From: Octopus sinensis
Taxonomy: Eukaryota
DNA length: 64,000 bases
Assembly (NCBI RefSeq): GCF_006345805.1
Contig: NC_043021.1
Span: 24,924,001 to 24,988,000 of the forward strand
Direction of reading: 5' to 3'
Each line of letters starts with the position of its first letter. Position 1 is the first letter of the stretch. This document shows, one piece after another, positions 27,482 through 40,550 of the stretch. The translations under genes and the position numbers were made by a program. Under the pieces are notes generated by a model, which made no database searches, was not told the DNA's origin, and was given only the letters and a program-made list of their open reading frames with translations.

Positions 27482-27670
27482 CGTCTCTACTCTAGGCACA
27501 AGACCTGAAATTTGGGGGGAGGGAGCTAGACAATTAGACTGACCCCAGTATGCAACTGGTATTTTTTTATTGACCCCCAAAAGAATGCAAAGCAAAATTG
27601 ACCTTGGAGGAATTTGAAATGCCGCTAAGAATTTTGTCTGGGGTGCTAACATTTCTGCCAGCTTTCCACC
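27482..27670 (-). mobile_element. SINE family A
   Basis: Family similarity. Confidence 0.7.
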
Positions 27671-27689
27671 TTTAATATTAATAATGACC

Positions 27690-28410
27690 ATCCAAACTAA
27701 AAAAAATGGATCAAGGTGAACTGTCCAGACATAACAATAAAAGAGTGGAAGAGAAAAACATGCAGTCTGATGTGACCCTGCAATTGCTTCTGATGAAAAT
27801 ATTAGCCAGAAAGAGACAGAGAAATTGTCCAAATTCAAGGCTCTTAGAATTGAAATATTCAAGATGTGGGGTAGACGGTGGAAAGAATAGCAGCAGTAAT
27901 TGGGGCATTAAGTGTGATTAGAAATAATATGAAAGGAAATATGGAAGCCATACCAGGGCTCCAACACTACACACTGCCCCCCACAAAAATCACTCTGCTA
28001 GGAACAGCTTATATCTTGTGCAAGGTAGCATCAACTCAATAGAATAACTCAAATAGAACAATCTTCACACACAACACACACCCGGCACAACAAGCACCTA
28101 ATGATCTAGAACAGCAGAAGCTCATGCAACATATAGTATACAAGATGAAGACTCGTTAAGGTAATGCACCTGACATTACACACACACACACACAGAGAAC
28201 AAACACTAACGAACCAAGAACCTCAACCTCCAAAACAAAACAAACTGATGCAGCAAACCAACAAGAGGAGTCTTGACTGTTCCAGACGCCACAAAAGTAC
28301 GAACCCAATGGCACACACACCTCAGGAACATGGAGGCACACCAGGATAAAACTCACATGAAACTATCCAAGTAAAACTTATGAAAATAATAATAATAATA
28401 ATGATGATGA
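27690..28410 (+). mobile_element. R4/Dong-like LINE 3' fragment with UTR, old
   Basis: PDI..K...LEIEI.KMWG...IGAL...LLGTA.IL remnants; (AAT)n tail. Confidence 0.6.
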
Positions 28411-28411
28411 T

Positions 28412-29385
28412 GATTTCAAATTTCAGCAAAAGACCAGCAGTTTTGGTGGAGGGGACCAGTCAATTATATCAACCCCAGTACTTAACTGGTACTTATTTTA
28501 TCGACCCCCAAAAGGATGAAAAGCAAAGTCAACCTCAACAGAATTTGAACTCAGAATGCAAAGACAGACAAAACACCACAAGGCATTTTGTCCGGTAACA
28601 ATTCTGTCAGCTCCCTGTCTTCAATAATAATAATAATCCTTTCTACAATAAGCACAAAGCCTGAAATTTGGGGGGAGGGGACTAATCAAATACATCGACC
28701 CCAGTGTTTCACTGGTACTTAATTTATTGAACTCTTCTCTGTTCGAGAACAGGCTTAAAGTATTCTCCATTATAGCGCCAAGAGGAGCACAGAACATTGT
28801 CCATTCTAATTTTATGCCTGAATAACATCAAACATTGTTTATTCTTAAGAAACATAAACTGAAAGCCATACAAGCAATGGAGTGTGGAACGGTTCTTGCA
28901 GAGCAGAAAGGAGTTTTACAATTTTACAAATTATTTTTGGATTAAAAAAAAAAACTAACGATAATAAGCCATGTTGTTTTGTCTTATATTACAAGTGTTC
29001 TTTTCTACTCTAGGCACAAGGCCCGAAATTTTTGGGGAGGAGGCCAGTCAATTAGATCGACCCCAGTACACAACTGGTACTTAATTTATTGACCCCGAGA
29101 GTATGGAAGGCAAAGTCAACCTCAGCAGAATTTGAACTCAGAACATATATATTTTTTTACTACCCACAAGGGGCTAAACATAGAGGGGACAAACAAGGAC
29201 AGACAAACGGATTAAGTCGATTACATCGACCCCAGGACGCAACTGGTACTTTATTTATCGACCCTGAAAGGATGAAGGGCAAAGTCGACCTAGGCGGAAT
29301 TTGAACACAGATCATATAGACAGACGAAACACCACTAAGCATTTCGCCCAGCGTGCTAATGTTTCTGCCAGCTCACCACCTTCTT
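28412..29385 (-). mobile_element. Cluster of four SINE family A copies or fragments (28412-28620, 28637-28730, ~29000-29145, ~29155-29385)
   Basis: Repeated 'cgaccccag..actggtactt..aaaggatgaaaggcaaagtcgacct' motif. Confidence 0.75.
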
Positions 29386-30054
29386 CTATTACAAGTCTTG
29401 TCACATCTTGGATGTCATATGAGAATATTAAACAGACCCCAGTACATGAGTGGTATTCCATTGACTAACATTTGCAGACAAAAAAGCAAAGCTGACTTCA
29501 GCTGGAATTGTATTTGGAATATGAAGAACTGGAATTCAATGCTGCTGCCATTTTGATCATATCCTGACAATGTTAGATTTTTATTTTAGGATGATTAAAA
29601 ATTAGAACCAATTCAGTCGACCATATCCCTCACCTATATGTGTGACCTTAATCATATAACATACAATTATTATTATTGACCATTTGCATGGGATTCCGTG
29701 CATGTACATATTACATATATTTGTTTCTTCGCAAAGCAGTCTTATCTTAATGAATCATTATCTTTTACTCGTCTAATGAGGGAGCGTCTCAGTATTTGTC
29801 TGACCTGCTTAAATGTAAAGGAGAATGACATTACACTCCCGTCCTTTCTTTGAAGTAGGCATCAAGTGTTTCACGGCTTACATTTTAGTGTAACACATTA
29901 AAGACGGGCACGGCTGGATAACACTAACCACTTTGTTCGTTCTGCTGTCGCCTGCGTCATGTGTTCAGCAACAACAAGCGATAAACATTATACACACCGG
30001 TTGTGAACGTTGTATCAACATTCAAAACGATGACAACAACAACAATGATGATGA

Positions 30055-30088
<34 letters not shown>

Positions 30089-30163
30089 GGCGGTGGCAAT
30101 GATGGTATTAGCGAATTTTACATTAACAGCGATGAAAACTATGGCAAACTTGAAAACACCCAC

Positions 30164-30633
30164 CTTATGAAAACATGTTTACATCGAACACTCGCTCGGG
30201 TGGCGTAACCGATATCAAACGCAACAGACAGACTTTTGTCTTCGATCGTCTGCACCACGACACTTGTTTCCACGCCTGAGAGGGACCAGGCGTGGACCTG
30301 GTATTTACCGCAGGGCATCCAGTCTTTCCGAAGCTTCGATATTGAAGTACATGCAGAGCTTTTGACCTTCGCAACATTGTTGTTCCGCTTGTCTGAGGTA
30401 GAGTTGTGATAACAGCTGCTGCAAATCTTCATAATACCATGAATATCAAGTGTCTTTTTGCACCCAACAACCGGACTGGGGACATCTTGGCAAGGTCTTA
30501 ACAGTGAAAGACGTCTAACGGAGAAGAAAGATCGAGTCGAACGGTTTACACCGGCAGAGCGAAAAAGCAGCTGAAAATCACAGAAACATCGTAGAGTGAG
30601 GGTCACGGTAGGGGTGACACACCGTAAAGACAT
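30164..30633 (-). CDS. TM-type tRNase Z, exon 1 (alternative in-frame ATG at 30432)
   Basis: ATG in acaATGt context; encodes WSLSGVET (cf. EGxSxxGxET) and VAFDIG (motif I) through HVFI; donor AG|gtgggt. The four exons total 1191 nt = 396 aa plus stop, with all phases consistent. Confidence 0.85.
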
Positions 30634-31824
30634 TGTAGCTAAATTTTAAATAAAATATATTTGTGTGTGCGTGTATTCATACACATATATAAATGTATTC
30701 TGAGTCTGTCTTTGAATTGAAAAAATAATAAAATACAAACGAGAGATAATGACAAATGCAAATCAGTTGAGAATTAACATAAATTCGACGATATTTATAA
30801 ATTATTAGCCTAGGTTTTTTTTCTTTTTTTGATAAGATGTGTAATTGAGTTTGATGGGAAATTTACTTTCGGTCGAATGAAAGTCTTTCGGAAGTAAATT
30901 ATATATAAAACCACACAGGCTTATATGATGCAATACGTGTATTTATGTGGTATAGTGCAAAGCACTTACGGACAGTGAACATCTATATTAATATGTATGT
31001 ACGTGTGTGTGTTGAGAATAAGTTTGTTAGCAAATCGTTAATTAAAGGTAAAAATGAACAAAGCAAAAATTCCGATCAAATCTGCGAAAATTCCTTAATG
31101 AATATTTCGTCGCTACTTGTCCATAACGAGAGCTGAATAAGGGGTGAATTCGATGAGTGAATGATTCGTTCAGTGCAGGGGTAAGATCGATAGAAAAGGT
31201 TTGAAGCAGCGAAAGTTTGTGAGAGGAATCCAGTGGCGAAAAGGCTTGGCATGCTTGTCTCCATTGTGCTCAAGGGAGATCACTCTGAATAGCATTGTTA
31301 CGTAAACGTTACGAAAGAGGAGCCGAGGGTGTGAATGGGTGGGGTGTGGCAGCAGCAGCAGCGGCGCAGATGGATTTCGCCTTTGGTTGGGATGAGACAA
31401 GGGTGGATGTTTACGAAGGAGTTTGCTAAATCACGCTTGTTACACATGTTAGGACATGTCAACGAAACAAGCAGCCAGGAAAAGCAGACAAAAAAGGGGG
31501 AAAAAAAAGACAAAAAAATAGTGCATGTATGCCTGTACACACACACGCATATTTTATATACATACGTGCATACATGCATACATAATGTGTGTGTGTGTGT
31601 AAATATTATGCATGTGTATATAAAATTATTGTTTTAGCCACTTAAATGCGGCCATGCTAGAGCATCGTCTTAAATGGTTTACTCGAACAAATCGACCCCA
31701 GAATAATTATTTCTAAAATCTGGCAATTATTATATTAGTGTCTTGGGCCGAACCGCTAAGTTACGTAAACAAACCAACAGCAGTTATCATGCAGTAGGAG
31801 GCGGGGATAATCACGGAGACACGC

Positions 31825-32148
31825 TCACACACACACATACACATACATACATACATACACGCACATACATGCATGCATACATACATACATACATACATAC
31901 ATACATACACACACACACATACATACATACATACATACATACATACATACACATACATGCATGCATACATACATACATACATACACACACATACATACAT
32001 ACATACATACATACATACATACATACATGCATGCATACATACATACATACATACATACATACATGCATGCATGCATGCATGCATACATACATACGTGCAC
32101 GCACGCACGCACGCACACATACATACATACATACATACACACATACAC

Positions 32149-32197
<49 letters not shown>

Positions 32198-32680
32198 TAC
32201 ATACATACATACATACATACATACATACATACATACATACACAGACATGCATGCATATGTGTATGTACGTGCTTGTATGTTTGTGTATATGTATGTATTT
32301 AATATCAGTTTCAGTCAGTGGAGGTTGGCCAAACTGGATTGCCGTTTTTAAGTGTTTGATTACACCGACCTCATACCGTCTTTATTTTATCATCAATACT
32401 TGTTGAATCGCTAAGTTACGCTTTTTGGCAGAAAGCTGTTTCTTACATAAACATGGACAAAAACGCACGCACACACACACACACACACACACACTAGCAC
32501 ACACACACACACACACACAACACTAGCACACACACACACACACACACACTAGCACACACACACACACACTAGCACACACACACACACTAGCACCACACAC
32601 ACACACACACACACACTAGCACACACACACACACTAGCACACACACACACACACACATACACACTCACACACACATGCAT
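31825..32680. repeat. (ACAT)n and (CA)n arrays, the latter punctuated by CTAG
   Basis: Directly visible. Confidence 0.95.
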
Positions 32681-32809
32681 GACCACAATACAAACAAGAT
32701 CATTAATTTTGTTAATAGTGATGGTAGTGATGTTAGTGATGGTAGTGGCGGTGTAAGAACGCGAGTGCACGCGCGCACAATGGGCTTTCGTTTTATCCCT
32801 ATTTTGATG

Positions 32810-32964
32810 TAGGCGTGGCTGGGTGGTAAGAAGTTTGCTCCCCAACCATATAGTACTGGGTTCAGTCTCACAGCATGGCATTTTGGGTAAGTGCCTTCTA
32901 CTATAGCGCTGGGCTGACCAAAGCCTTGTGAGTGAATTTGGTAAATAGAAACTGAAAGAAGCCC

Positions 32965-33036
<72 letters not shown>

Positions 33037-33725
33037 TTTAAATTAATAATAGAAGGGTAAAATTTATTAATCAAATTGATTAATTAATTAATCATTTTAC
33101 CAAGTAGATCGGTATGTTAAAATAACCTTTATAAGTAAAATTATCCACATAATTATAATTAGGGTTCAGCTAATTGCTTCACCACATACCGAATTTAGAA
33201 ATAGGAGTTAAAATTCCTTTTCTGCTACTATAAGAATCTCTGTGACGGTAAACATATTTTTTTACGAAGGCAAAGAGAAAAACAATGAATCACATGACCA
33301 GGATTAACTATATACGCGTTTTGAGATTAAAGTAATTTAAATTTCGTGTTGATTCATTGTTTTTCTCTTTGCCTTCGTAAAAAAGTATGTTTACCGTCAT
33401 GGAGATTCTTATAGTACCAGAAAAGGAATTTAAACTCCTATTTCTAAATTCGGTATGTGGCGAAGCAATTAGCTGAACCTTAATTATAATTATATATATA
33501 TATATGGGTGGGGGGGTCTTTTTACCCACCACCCTACTGCTTAACAACTGGTGTTGATTTCTTTACATTCCTGTAATCTTGCTGTTCAGTGAAACAGAGG
33601 CAAAGCCAACTGATAGAATAAGTAAGAGGCTTTTAAAAAAATGCACTGGGGTTGATACATTCAACTAAAATTTTTCAAGGCAGGGCTCCAGCATGGGCGT
33701 TGTCTAATAACTGAAAAAGATACAA
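32810..33725 (+). mobile_element. SINE family C, interrupted in its microsatellite by a fold-back element
   Basis: Head at 32810-32965 and tail at ~33530-33725. Confidence 0.65.
33149..33493. repeat. Fold-back inverted repeat (~144-bp arms, ~57-bp loop)
   Basis: 33149-33292 is the reverse complement of 33350-33493 with few mismatches. Confidence 0.9.
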
Positions 33726-33814
33726 AGATATACCTACCTACCTACATACATACATATATACATCATCTTCATTTAACATCCATTGTCCATGTTGGCATGG
33801 GTTGGACAGTTTGA

Positions 33815-34124
33815 CCAGGGCTGGCAAGTTGGAAGGCTGCACCAGACTCCAGTCTGATTTGGCATGGTTTCTATGGCTGAATGCCCTTCCTAATGCCAAC
33901 CACTCTGAGAGTGTAATGGGTGCTTTTACATGTCGTCAACACGGGTGCCAGTTGGGTGACTCCGGTATCTGCCACAACTACGATTTCACTTGGTTTGATG
34001 GGTCTTCCTTCTCAACCACAGCATATTGCCAAAGGTCTCAGTCAGTTGTTATTGCCTCCATGAGGCCAAGCACCTAAAAGGTACTTTCAACATGCCACTG
34101 GTATGGGAGCTGGTTACATAACAC
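33815..34124 (-). mobile_element. RTE-type 3' UTR fragment, left arm of an inverted pair
   Basis: Reverse complement of 35809-36118. Confidence 0.85.
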
Positions 34125-34178
34125 TGACATCAGCCACATTGCCTCTATGAGGGCATGGATGCCAGTTATATGACACTG

Positions 34179-34216
<38 letters not shown>

Positions 34217-34924
34217 TAGTAGTATTGCCCGGCTCGTGTGCTCGTGCGTGCATAGAACGCACGAATTAAGCTAAACTTGGATGAAGTTAATCAAAATTCA
34301 ATTATTTTGGTTTTAAAATCAAGCATTTAATGCCCTCTATTTTTGCGCTTATGTGTTCCATTTCCTCAATAGGAAGTACCTAGAAGCGTTTCATAAATTT
34401 TTGTTGATCAAATAATTGCATTGTTGAATTATTCTTTTAGATCAGTATTTCTCAACGGGGATTTCAGGGAGTCGCTGGCAATGTATCGTGATGATCAAAA
34501 ATCCGGCCTGCTAAAATTTGGTTAAAGTGATTCAAACTGCAGACTCAACGCAAAATGGTCACATTTAATTCAAAGCGTTAAAAATGTTATGAAAACAATT
34601 GGTATGTGTTCACAAAGTCCAAACGATTAATACGAAAAAACCCTCCAGGATACATCCTGAAAATTCATTTCTTTGCCGAATTTCTACAATGTTTACGGTG
34701 ATTCATTTTTATATCTTGATTTTTTATTTTTCATGCAATTTACGCATGCTTGCACGCGTGGTGAACACAGTTCACGTCAAACAGCTGACTGAGTAAAGCT
34801 CACTATTCAATGCATGAGATAAGGCCTAAACAAACACATTATCGATTTTTGCACTTGCGAGATGGATTTCAGAACATAAATAGCGCAGTTCAATTTTCAT
34901 TCGCCTAAACTTTAAGTTGAGTTT

Positions 34925-35030
<106 letters not shown>

Positions 35031-35808
35031 AACCATCATGATCACTATCATTTAATATCCACTTTCCATGCTGGTATGGGTTGGACGGTTTGACAGGATT
35101 CAGCAAACCACAGGGCCATGTTGGGTTTCAATGTCAGATTCAGCATGGTTTCTACAACTGGATGCCTTTCCAAATGCCAACCAATTTACAGAGCATATTG
35201 GGTGCTATTTTTGTGTGACTTGCACTTGTGAGGTTGCCAGGTGCTTTGCAAAATAAAAAAAAGAACAGGAAAAAGAAAATGAAAAAAAGGCCTCAACTAT
35301 TAAATTGATTATGTTTGAAGAGCGAAAGTGGAGGTGGAGGGCTTCATGCTGAATATTGAAAAGGTAAAATATGATAGAGGGGACAGGTACATGTGTCCTA
35401 CTGTAAAGGGAGATACATGGATAACACTTGTAATATACAGGTGTGGGTTGAGAAGGAGACAAAAGGAAGGTGACTGGTGGAGTGCCAGAGCAAACGATTA
35501 AGGTAACGAAGGTGAGCATGAGAGAGGAAATGAGCTGTGGGTGATGGGAAGAGAAGAGAGGGTAGATGTTGAGATGGAGAGTAAGGGGCAAAAGATGGAG
35601 ATGAATTTAGGAATGTGATGAGGGATGGAGAAGTGTGGAGGTGCAGGAGAAAGAAAATATTAGTACGGAGAGAGGAGAGGTGAGAGATGTAGAAATGACT
35701 CAGGAAGGAGAATAAACCAGAAAGCAGTGTGGGATGATAGGCAAAGTTTAGGAGCAGTGAAGAGGGAGAAATAGGAGTATGAAAGGGAGCTGGAGTATGT
35801 AGGGCATG

Positions 35809-36118
35809 GTGTTGTGTAACCAGCTCCCATACCAGTGGCATGTTGAAAGTACCTTTTAGGTGCTTGGCCTCAGAGAGGCAATAACAACTGACTGAGACCT
35901 TTGGCAATATGCTGTGCTTGAGAAGGAAGACCCATCAAACCAAGTGAAATCGTAGTTGTGGCAGATACCGGAGTCACCCAACTGGCACCCGTGTTGACGA
36001 CATGTAAAAGCACCCATTACACTCTCAGAGTGGTTGGCATTAGGAAGGGCATCCAGCTGTAGATACAATGCCAAATCAGACTGGAGTCTGGCGCAACCTT
36101 CCAACTTGCCAGCCCTGG
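35809..36118 (+). mobile_element. RTE-type 3' UTR fragment, right arm of an inverted pair
   Basis: Near-identical inverted copy of 33815-34124. Confidence 0.85.
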
Positions 36119-36714
36119 CCAGATTGCGATTCAGTGGTGCTATAGTCGTGTGGGGTCGTTTGAACTCTCTGTACGCTAGGAAGGTTAGAGCTGAAGTGGA
36201 TGACAATATATTTCACTTGAGAAGGTAGCATCTGGTTAATGTCTGTTACCATCTTCCATTGTCTCATCGTGAGAAGTAAGTTTTATTTGCCTGTCGTGGT
36301 AATGAAATGAGAATGAGATGTAAGGGGACAATGTTTTTGAGATTCCGGTTCGAACGTAAGGCAGGTCTGACAGGGTTCCCGACACTTATTAGTAGCAGTG
36401 GTAGAGTGTTTATGACGAATATTTATGTATGCATGTATATATGTGAGGTGATAGTTTCACTATAATAGTGAAAGTTTAAATACTGAAAGTATTATCTCAC
36501 ATTGCAATAGAGATATTATTGTTTCACTTTTGACACGTAATACTGAAATAGTGTAAGAGATAAGAGATTGCTGTGGGCTCGCATTAGGCGAGAAGTTGAA
36601 CATTGTTTTCGCCCATGACGTTCCACCGACCTTAAGTAAGGCATGTGTAAAATTTGAATGAAATCGGTTGGGTAGTTCTCAAGTTTTAGGGATTCACACA
36701 GACAGACAGACACA

Positions 36715-37235
36715 TTTAAAACTGTATACAGCTATGGTACGACCACACTTGGAATTCGCATCATCAGTTTGGAACCCCTATCTTGCACAGAACATTGACC
36801 TCCTGGAATCTGTCCAGAGACGTGCAACCAAACGCATACCCTCCATCAGACACCTACCATATTCTGAGCGCCTTGTTTCCCTGGGCATGGATTCACTGAA
36901 GCTCCGGCGTTTGGCGACGGACTTGGTAAACACCCACAAAGTTATCAACCACCTCACCAACAACAACACTGAACACCTTTTTGATCTCCATGTGTCTAAC
37001 ACACGTGGACATGCCTACAAAGTCAGAAAACAATACAGCTCCCATGACTTTCGGAAACATTTTTTCACGCTCAGAGTTGCTGAAGCATGGAATAAACTGC
37101 CTGCGTCAGTTGTTGACTGCCATGACACTGCATCTTTTAAGGCCCTCATGCTTTCCGAAATCCGCCGAAACTACACCTGATTATATATACACTTTAGATG
37201 AGTTGTAGTGCACCTGAGCACTGTACACAATTATT

Positions 37236-37250
<15 letters not shown>
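36715..37250 (+). mobile_element. CR1-group LINE 3' end, young, with (ATT)n tail
   Basis: Open frame KLYTAMVRPHLEFASSVWNPY...TRGH...RKHFFTLRVAEAWNKLP, then a short UTR and (ATT)n. Confidence 0.88.
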
Positions 37251-37272
<22 letters not shown>

Positions 37273-37292
37273 GTACATACACACATACATAC

Positions 37293-38115
37293 ATAACTTT
37301 GATAGGTTTCGGTCAGAATAGGCCCAGGCCATGTCTAACTTAATAGCACCCCCTGGTGAAGTCTATTAGTCACATATGGGGGCACCATGGCCCACTCTAG
37401 CAAAGAGGTATTATTGTTGGAGACATATCCGGCTGTAGGAGGTTGGTCTGGGATTTTCTGAAGAAATTTGCCCAATGAACATTTAAATTTTATGGGATCC
37501 GTTTCCGTTTTGACGTATTTTGGTATTAAAGAGAGCTGGACCGGTTGAAGTAAAGTAATTGTGACGTAATGTTGCTACATGTTCTGAGTTCGATTTTTGT
37601 GCTGAGCGGATAGCACGGGGGCCAAGTCTTGGATGGATTTTAAAACTGATGCCAACATCATTTGTGCAATATTGATGGAATATTTTCCACGTCACACAAA
37701 TGATGTCACGCTCCAGGCGGCGTTGAAGAGAGCAGAGATTGAGTATTTTTAGCTGACCCCCAATAGCCAATGCCTCTCATGCCATCTGTCTTTCTTGTCA
37801 TTGACCTCTGGAGTGCCTCCACTTTCATAATGAGTTGCTTCGCATGGGGGGACCACAGTGGGCAACAGTACTCAAGGTGGGGTCAGGCAAAAGTAGAGGA
37901 GGGAATGATGATGGTGTAGGCATCTCTAGACCGGAAAGTTCTCAGAATCCAGGAGCACATATTAGGGGCCAAGTCAACCTTGCTGTTTACGTGGGAACTC
38001 CAGCTTAGACTGTTATCAACAATTAATCCAAAGTCTCTGGTGTTGTTTGATGACATTAGGGAGTTGCCCGAGGGAAGAGCATATGGTAATTTCAGAGAAT
38101 CCTCTTTTCCGAAGT
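37293..38115 (-). mobile_element. CR1-group LINE 3' fragment
   Basis: Same family as 12510-13095, extending further 5'. Confidence 0.8.
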
Positions 38116-38441
38116 GGGATCAAATCAAACTCATCTTCCTTTAAAAGCATATTGTTTTTTTTTCCGCCCATTGGACAATAGCAAACAGATCCAACAGGCT
38201 TCTTTCAGTTTCCATCTACCAAATCCACTCTCAAGGCTTTGGTTGACCCAAGGCTATAGGAGAAGACAGTTGTCTAAGGTCCACACAGTATATGTGTATG
38301 TGTGTGTGTTTCTGTTTTTGCAGATATTTATATGTAAATAACATCAGATGCATGACTTATTTGATTTCCCAAAAACAACAACACAAGGACATGGGACATG
38401 CAAAGTGTTAATTAGACGCTCAGAGAAGGAAAGAAAGGTGG

Positions 38442-38474
38442 TTTTACGTTTCAAGCAAAGCTCTTCTTCAGAAA
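38442..38474 (-). ncRNA. Minimal type I hammerhead ribozyme motif
   Basis: ttt-CTGAAGA-a-gagc-ttt-gctt-GAAA-CG-TA-aaa; palindromic ACGT stem III; same family as 10425-10460. Confidence 0.5.
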
Positions 38475-38555
38475 GAAGAGACAGGGGAAAGTCCAAGAGA
38501 AAACGAAGACGGAGGGGAAAATATCACCAACAGTCCACATGTGGTTACATTTGGG

Positions 38556-38590
<35 letters not shown>

Positions 38591-39119
38591 TTTACGATAA
38601 CATGGTGGACCAGGTCAGTTTAAGCTACCCTACTACTATAATGTAAACTTTGTTGAATTTATAATATTCTGTGTGTGTATATATATATACAGATACAATA
38701 CCAATATTTCACTGAACTTTTTAATAATTCCTTCTGGAAACTATCTTTAACATTTTCTTGAGAATGTATATATATGTTGTAATCTTTAGTGCCCAATATT
38801 TTAATGAACTTGTTATACTTTTTTATGTCCTTAACATGTCCTTGTTACCAAAGAATGTATATATGTATTGCAGTATTTTGTGACAACCAATAATTAACAC
38901 AACCAAACTTTTACATGTTACTTTTGACAATCTTTTTCTCAAAAGTGAAACCAGTAAAGTAAATAAACATATTTTAAAATTGCATTTTCAAACCTTCTTT
39001 CATATATAATTCCACTTGTGTGGTACCTTACAACTCCACTTTGTCATATATATCTTTATATAATGGTCTTTTCTAGAATTTCCATTTATTAAATTCCATT
39101 CCAAAGATATTAGAAAGCA

Positions 39120-39410
39120 AGACTGTGAGAGAAAGTGCTTCCACAAAAGCTTCCGAAAAGCTCTACCTGCAACGATTTCATCTCAATCGAAGGAGAGGAG
39201 CTTTCTCCGTCCGGATTGCGGATCCGTGGAACAAGCTGCCAGACGAGATGGTGAAGATGCCGACGACCGCTTTGTTCAAAGCCTCCCTGGACCTCAAGTG
39301 GCCTGAACTCTTTACATGAACACCACCCTGTACTTAACTCCATGTCCCCCTACATGGCCTTGCTATTTGCTTTTGAGCCAAATTAACTAACTAACTAACT
39401 AACTAACTAA
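39120..39410 (+). mobile_element. CR1-group LINE extreme 3' end with (AACT)n tail
   Basis: RRGAFSVRIADPWNKLP...FKASLD; tail aactaactaact. Confidence 0.75.
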
Positions 39411-39663
39411 AGATGCTGCATGCTTGTTAAGCAAACTTCACAACCACAGAGTCTCTAGTGAATTCTTTCATTTTTTAAAAATTTTACTAAGCTGGCGTTT
39501 CACTCAGAATTCCAAATTTCCTCTTTTCTCTGATCCTGGGACTGAAATCAATTTCAAAAGAATTCAAATGTGGCAGTCATGGAACAGAAGAGATTCTGTA
39601 GCAGGGATTATATTTGTGACTGAGATAACATTTGGTGGTATAAAGTTGAAAATAGTGTGGAAA

Positions 39664-39890
39664 AGGCGCCTAGCTTGGCAGAAACATTAGCACGCCGGGT
39701 GAAATGCTTAGTGGTATTTCGTCTGCCACTACATTCTGAGTTCAAATTCCGCCGAGGTCGACTTTGCCTTTCATCTTTTCGAGGTCGATTAAATAAGTAC
39801 CAGTTACGCACTGGGGTCGATATAATTGACTTAATCCGTTTGTCTGTCCTTTCTGTGTTTAGCTCCTTGTGGGTAGTAAAGAAATAGGTA
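39664..39890 (+). mobile_element. SINE family A (Nin-like core), full length
   Basis: A box tggcagaaacattagc, B box gagttcaaattcc, core gtcgactttgcctttcatc...aaataagtaccag. Confidence 0.8.
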
Positions 39891-40244
39891 TAGTGTTGAA
39901 AACTCAATACTATGTAAATATTGTAGATAGAAGGGGTGGCAGGTGGTGGGGTGAGGAGTGAATCAATAGAATCGATTTGTATATAATCGATACAGGTGTG
40001 GCTGTTTGCTTAAGAAATGTGTTTCCTAACTATTGCTTCACAACGGTGTTGGTTCGTTTACTTCCCAGTAACTTTGTGGTTTGACCTGACAAGTGATAGA
40101 ATAAAAACCAAACATAAACACTGGGTCTGATTTGTTTGGCTTCACTCTTCACGGTGATGCTCCAGCATGACTGCAGTCCAGTGACTAAAACAAGTCAAAG
40201 ATAAAACCAGATCATGTCATGAGATCAGGCAGTTTTTTTTTTGT

Positions 40245-40550
40245 TCTTGCAATAAGACTGGCAACAGAAGCAAACCCTTCGACCACAGCAGCTCCTTCCA
40301 GTCTCGTGCGGAAGGGGTGAGTGTTGGCTTTATTCTCCTGTCTTCCTTCTGGGAATATTAACACAGATTTGCTGGGTATTGATTCTTGCTGCACTGACGG
40401 TACAGCACCGCTGTTTAGAGCATCTGCAAGAACGGTCAATAGGTTATGCTACTTGGCATACACCGCAAGGCACAAGCCACAGGCTGCCAGAATAGGCTCC
40501 AACATGTATAGCCTCAACACTGATAACAATGAAATGGTGTTACTTCAGCC
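40245..40550 (-). mobile_element. HERO/R2-group RLE LINE C-terminal remnant
   Basis: LEPILAAC...*HNLLTVLADAL and, in another frame, SARDWKELL; both resemble the post-CCHC region of RLE LINEs. Confidence 0.45.

Noticed and set aside
31290-31400. TTACGTAA bZIP-like site and (CAG)n in a CpG-rich stretch as a promoter or a divergent gene's first exon
   Set aside because: Short motifs occur by chance; no splice-consistent coding partner found.
40212-40439. VLIFPEG acyltransferase-like motif
   Set aside because: No HxxxxD motif or splice context; flanking frames fit a decayed RLE LINE.
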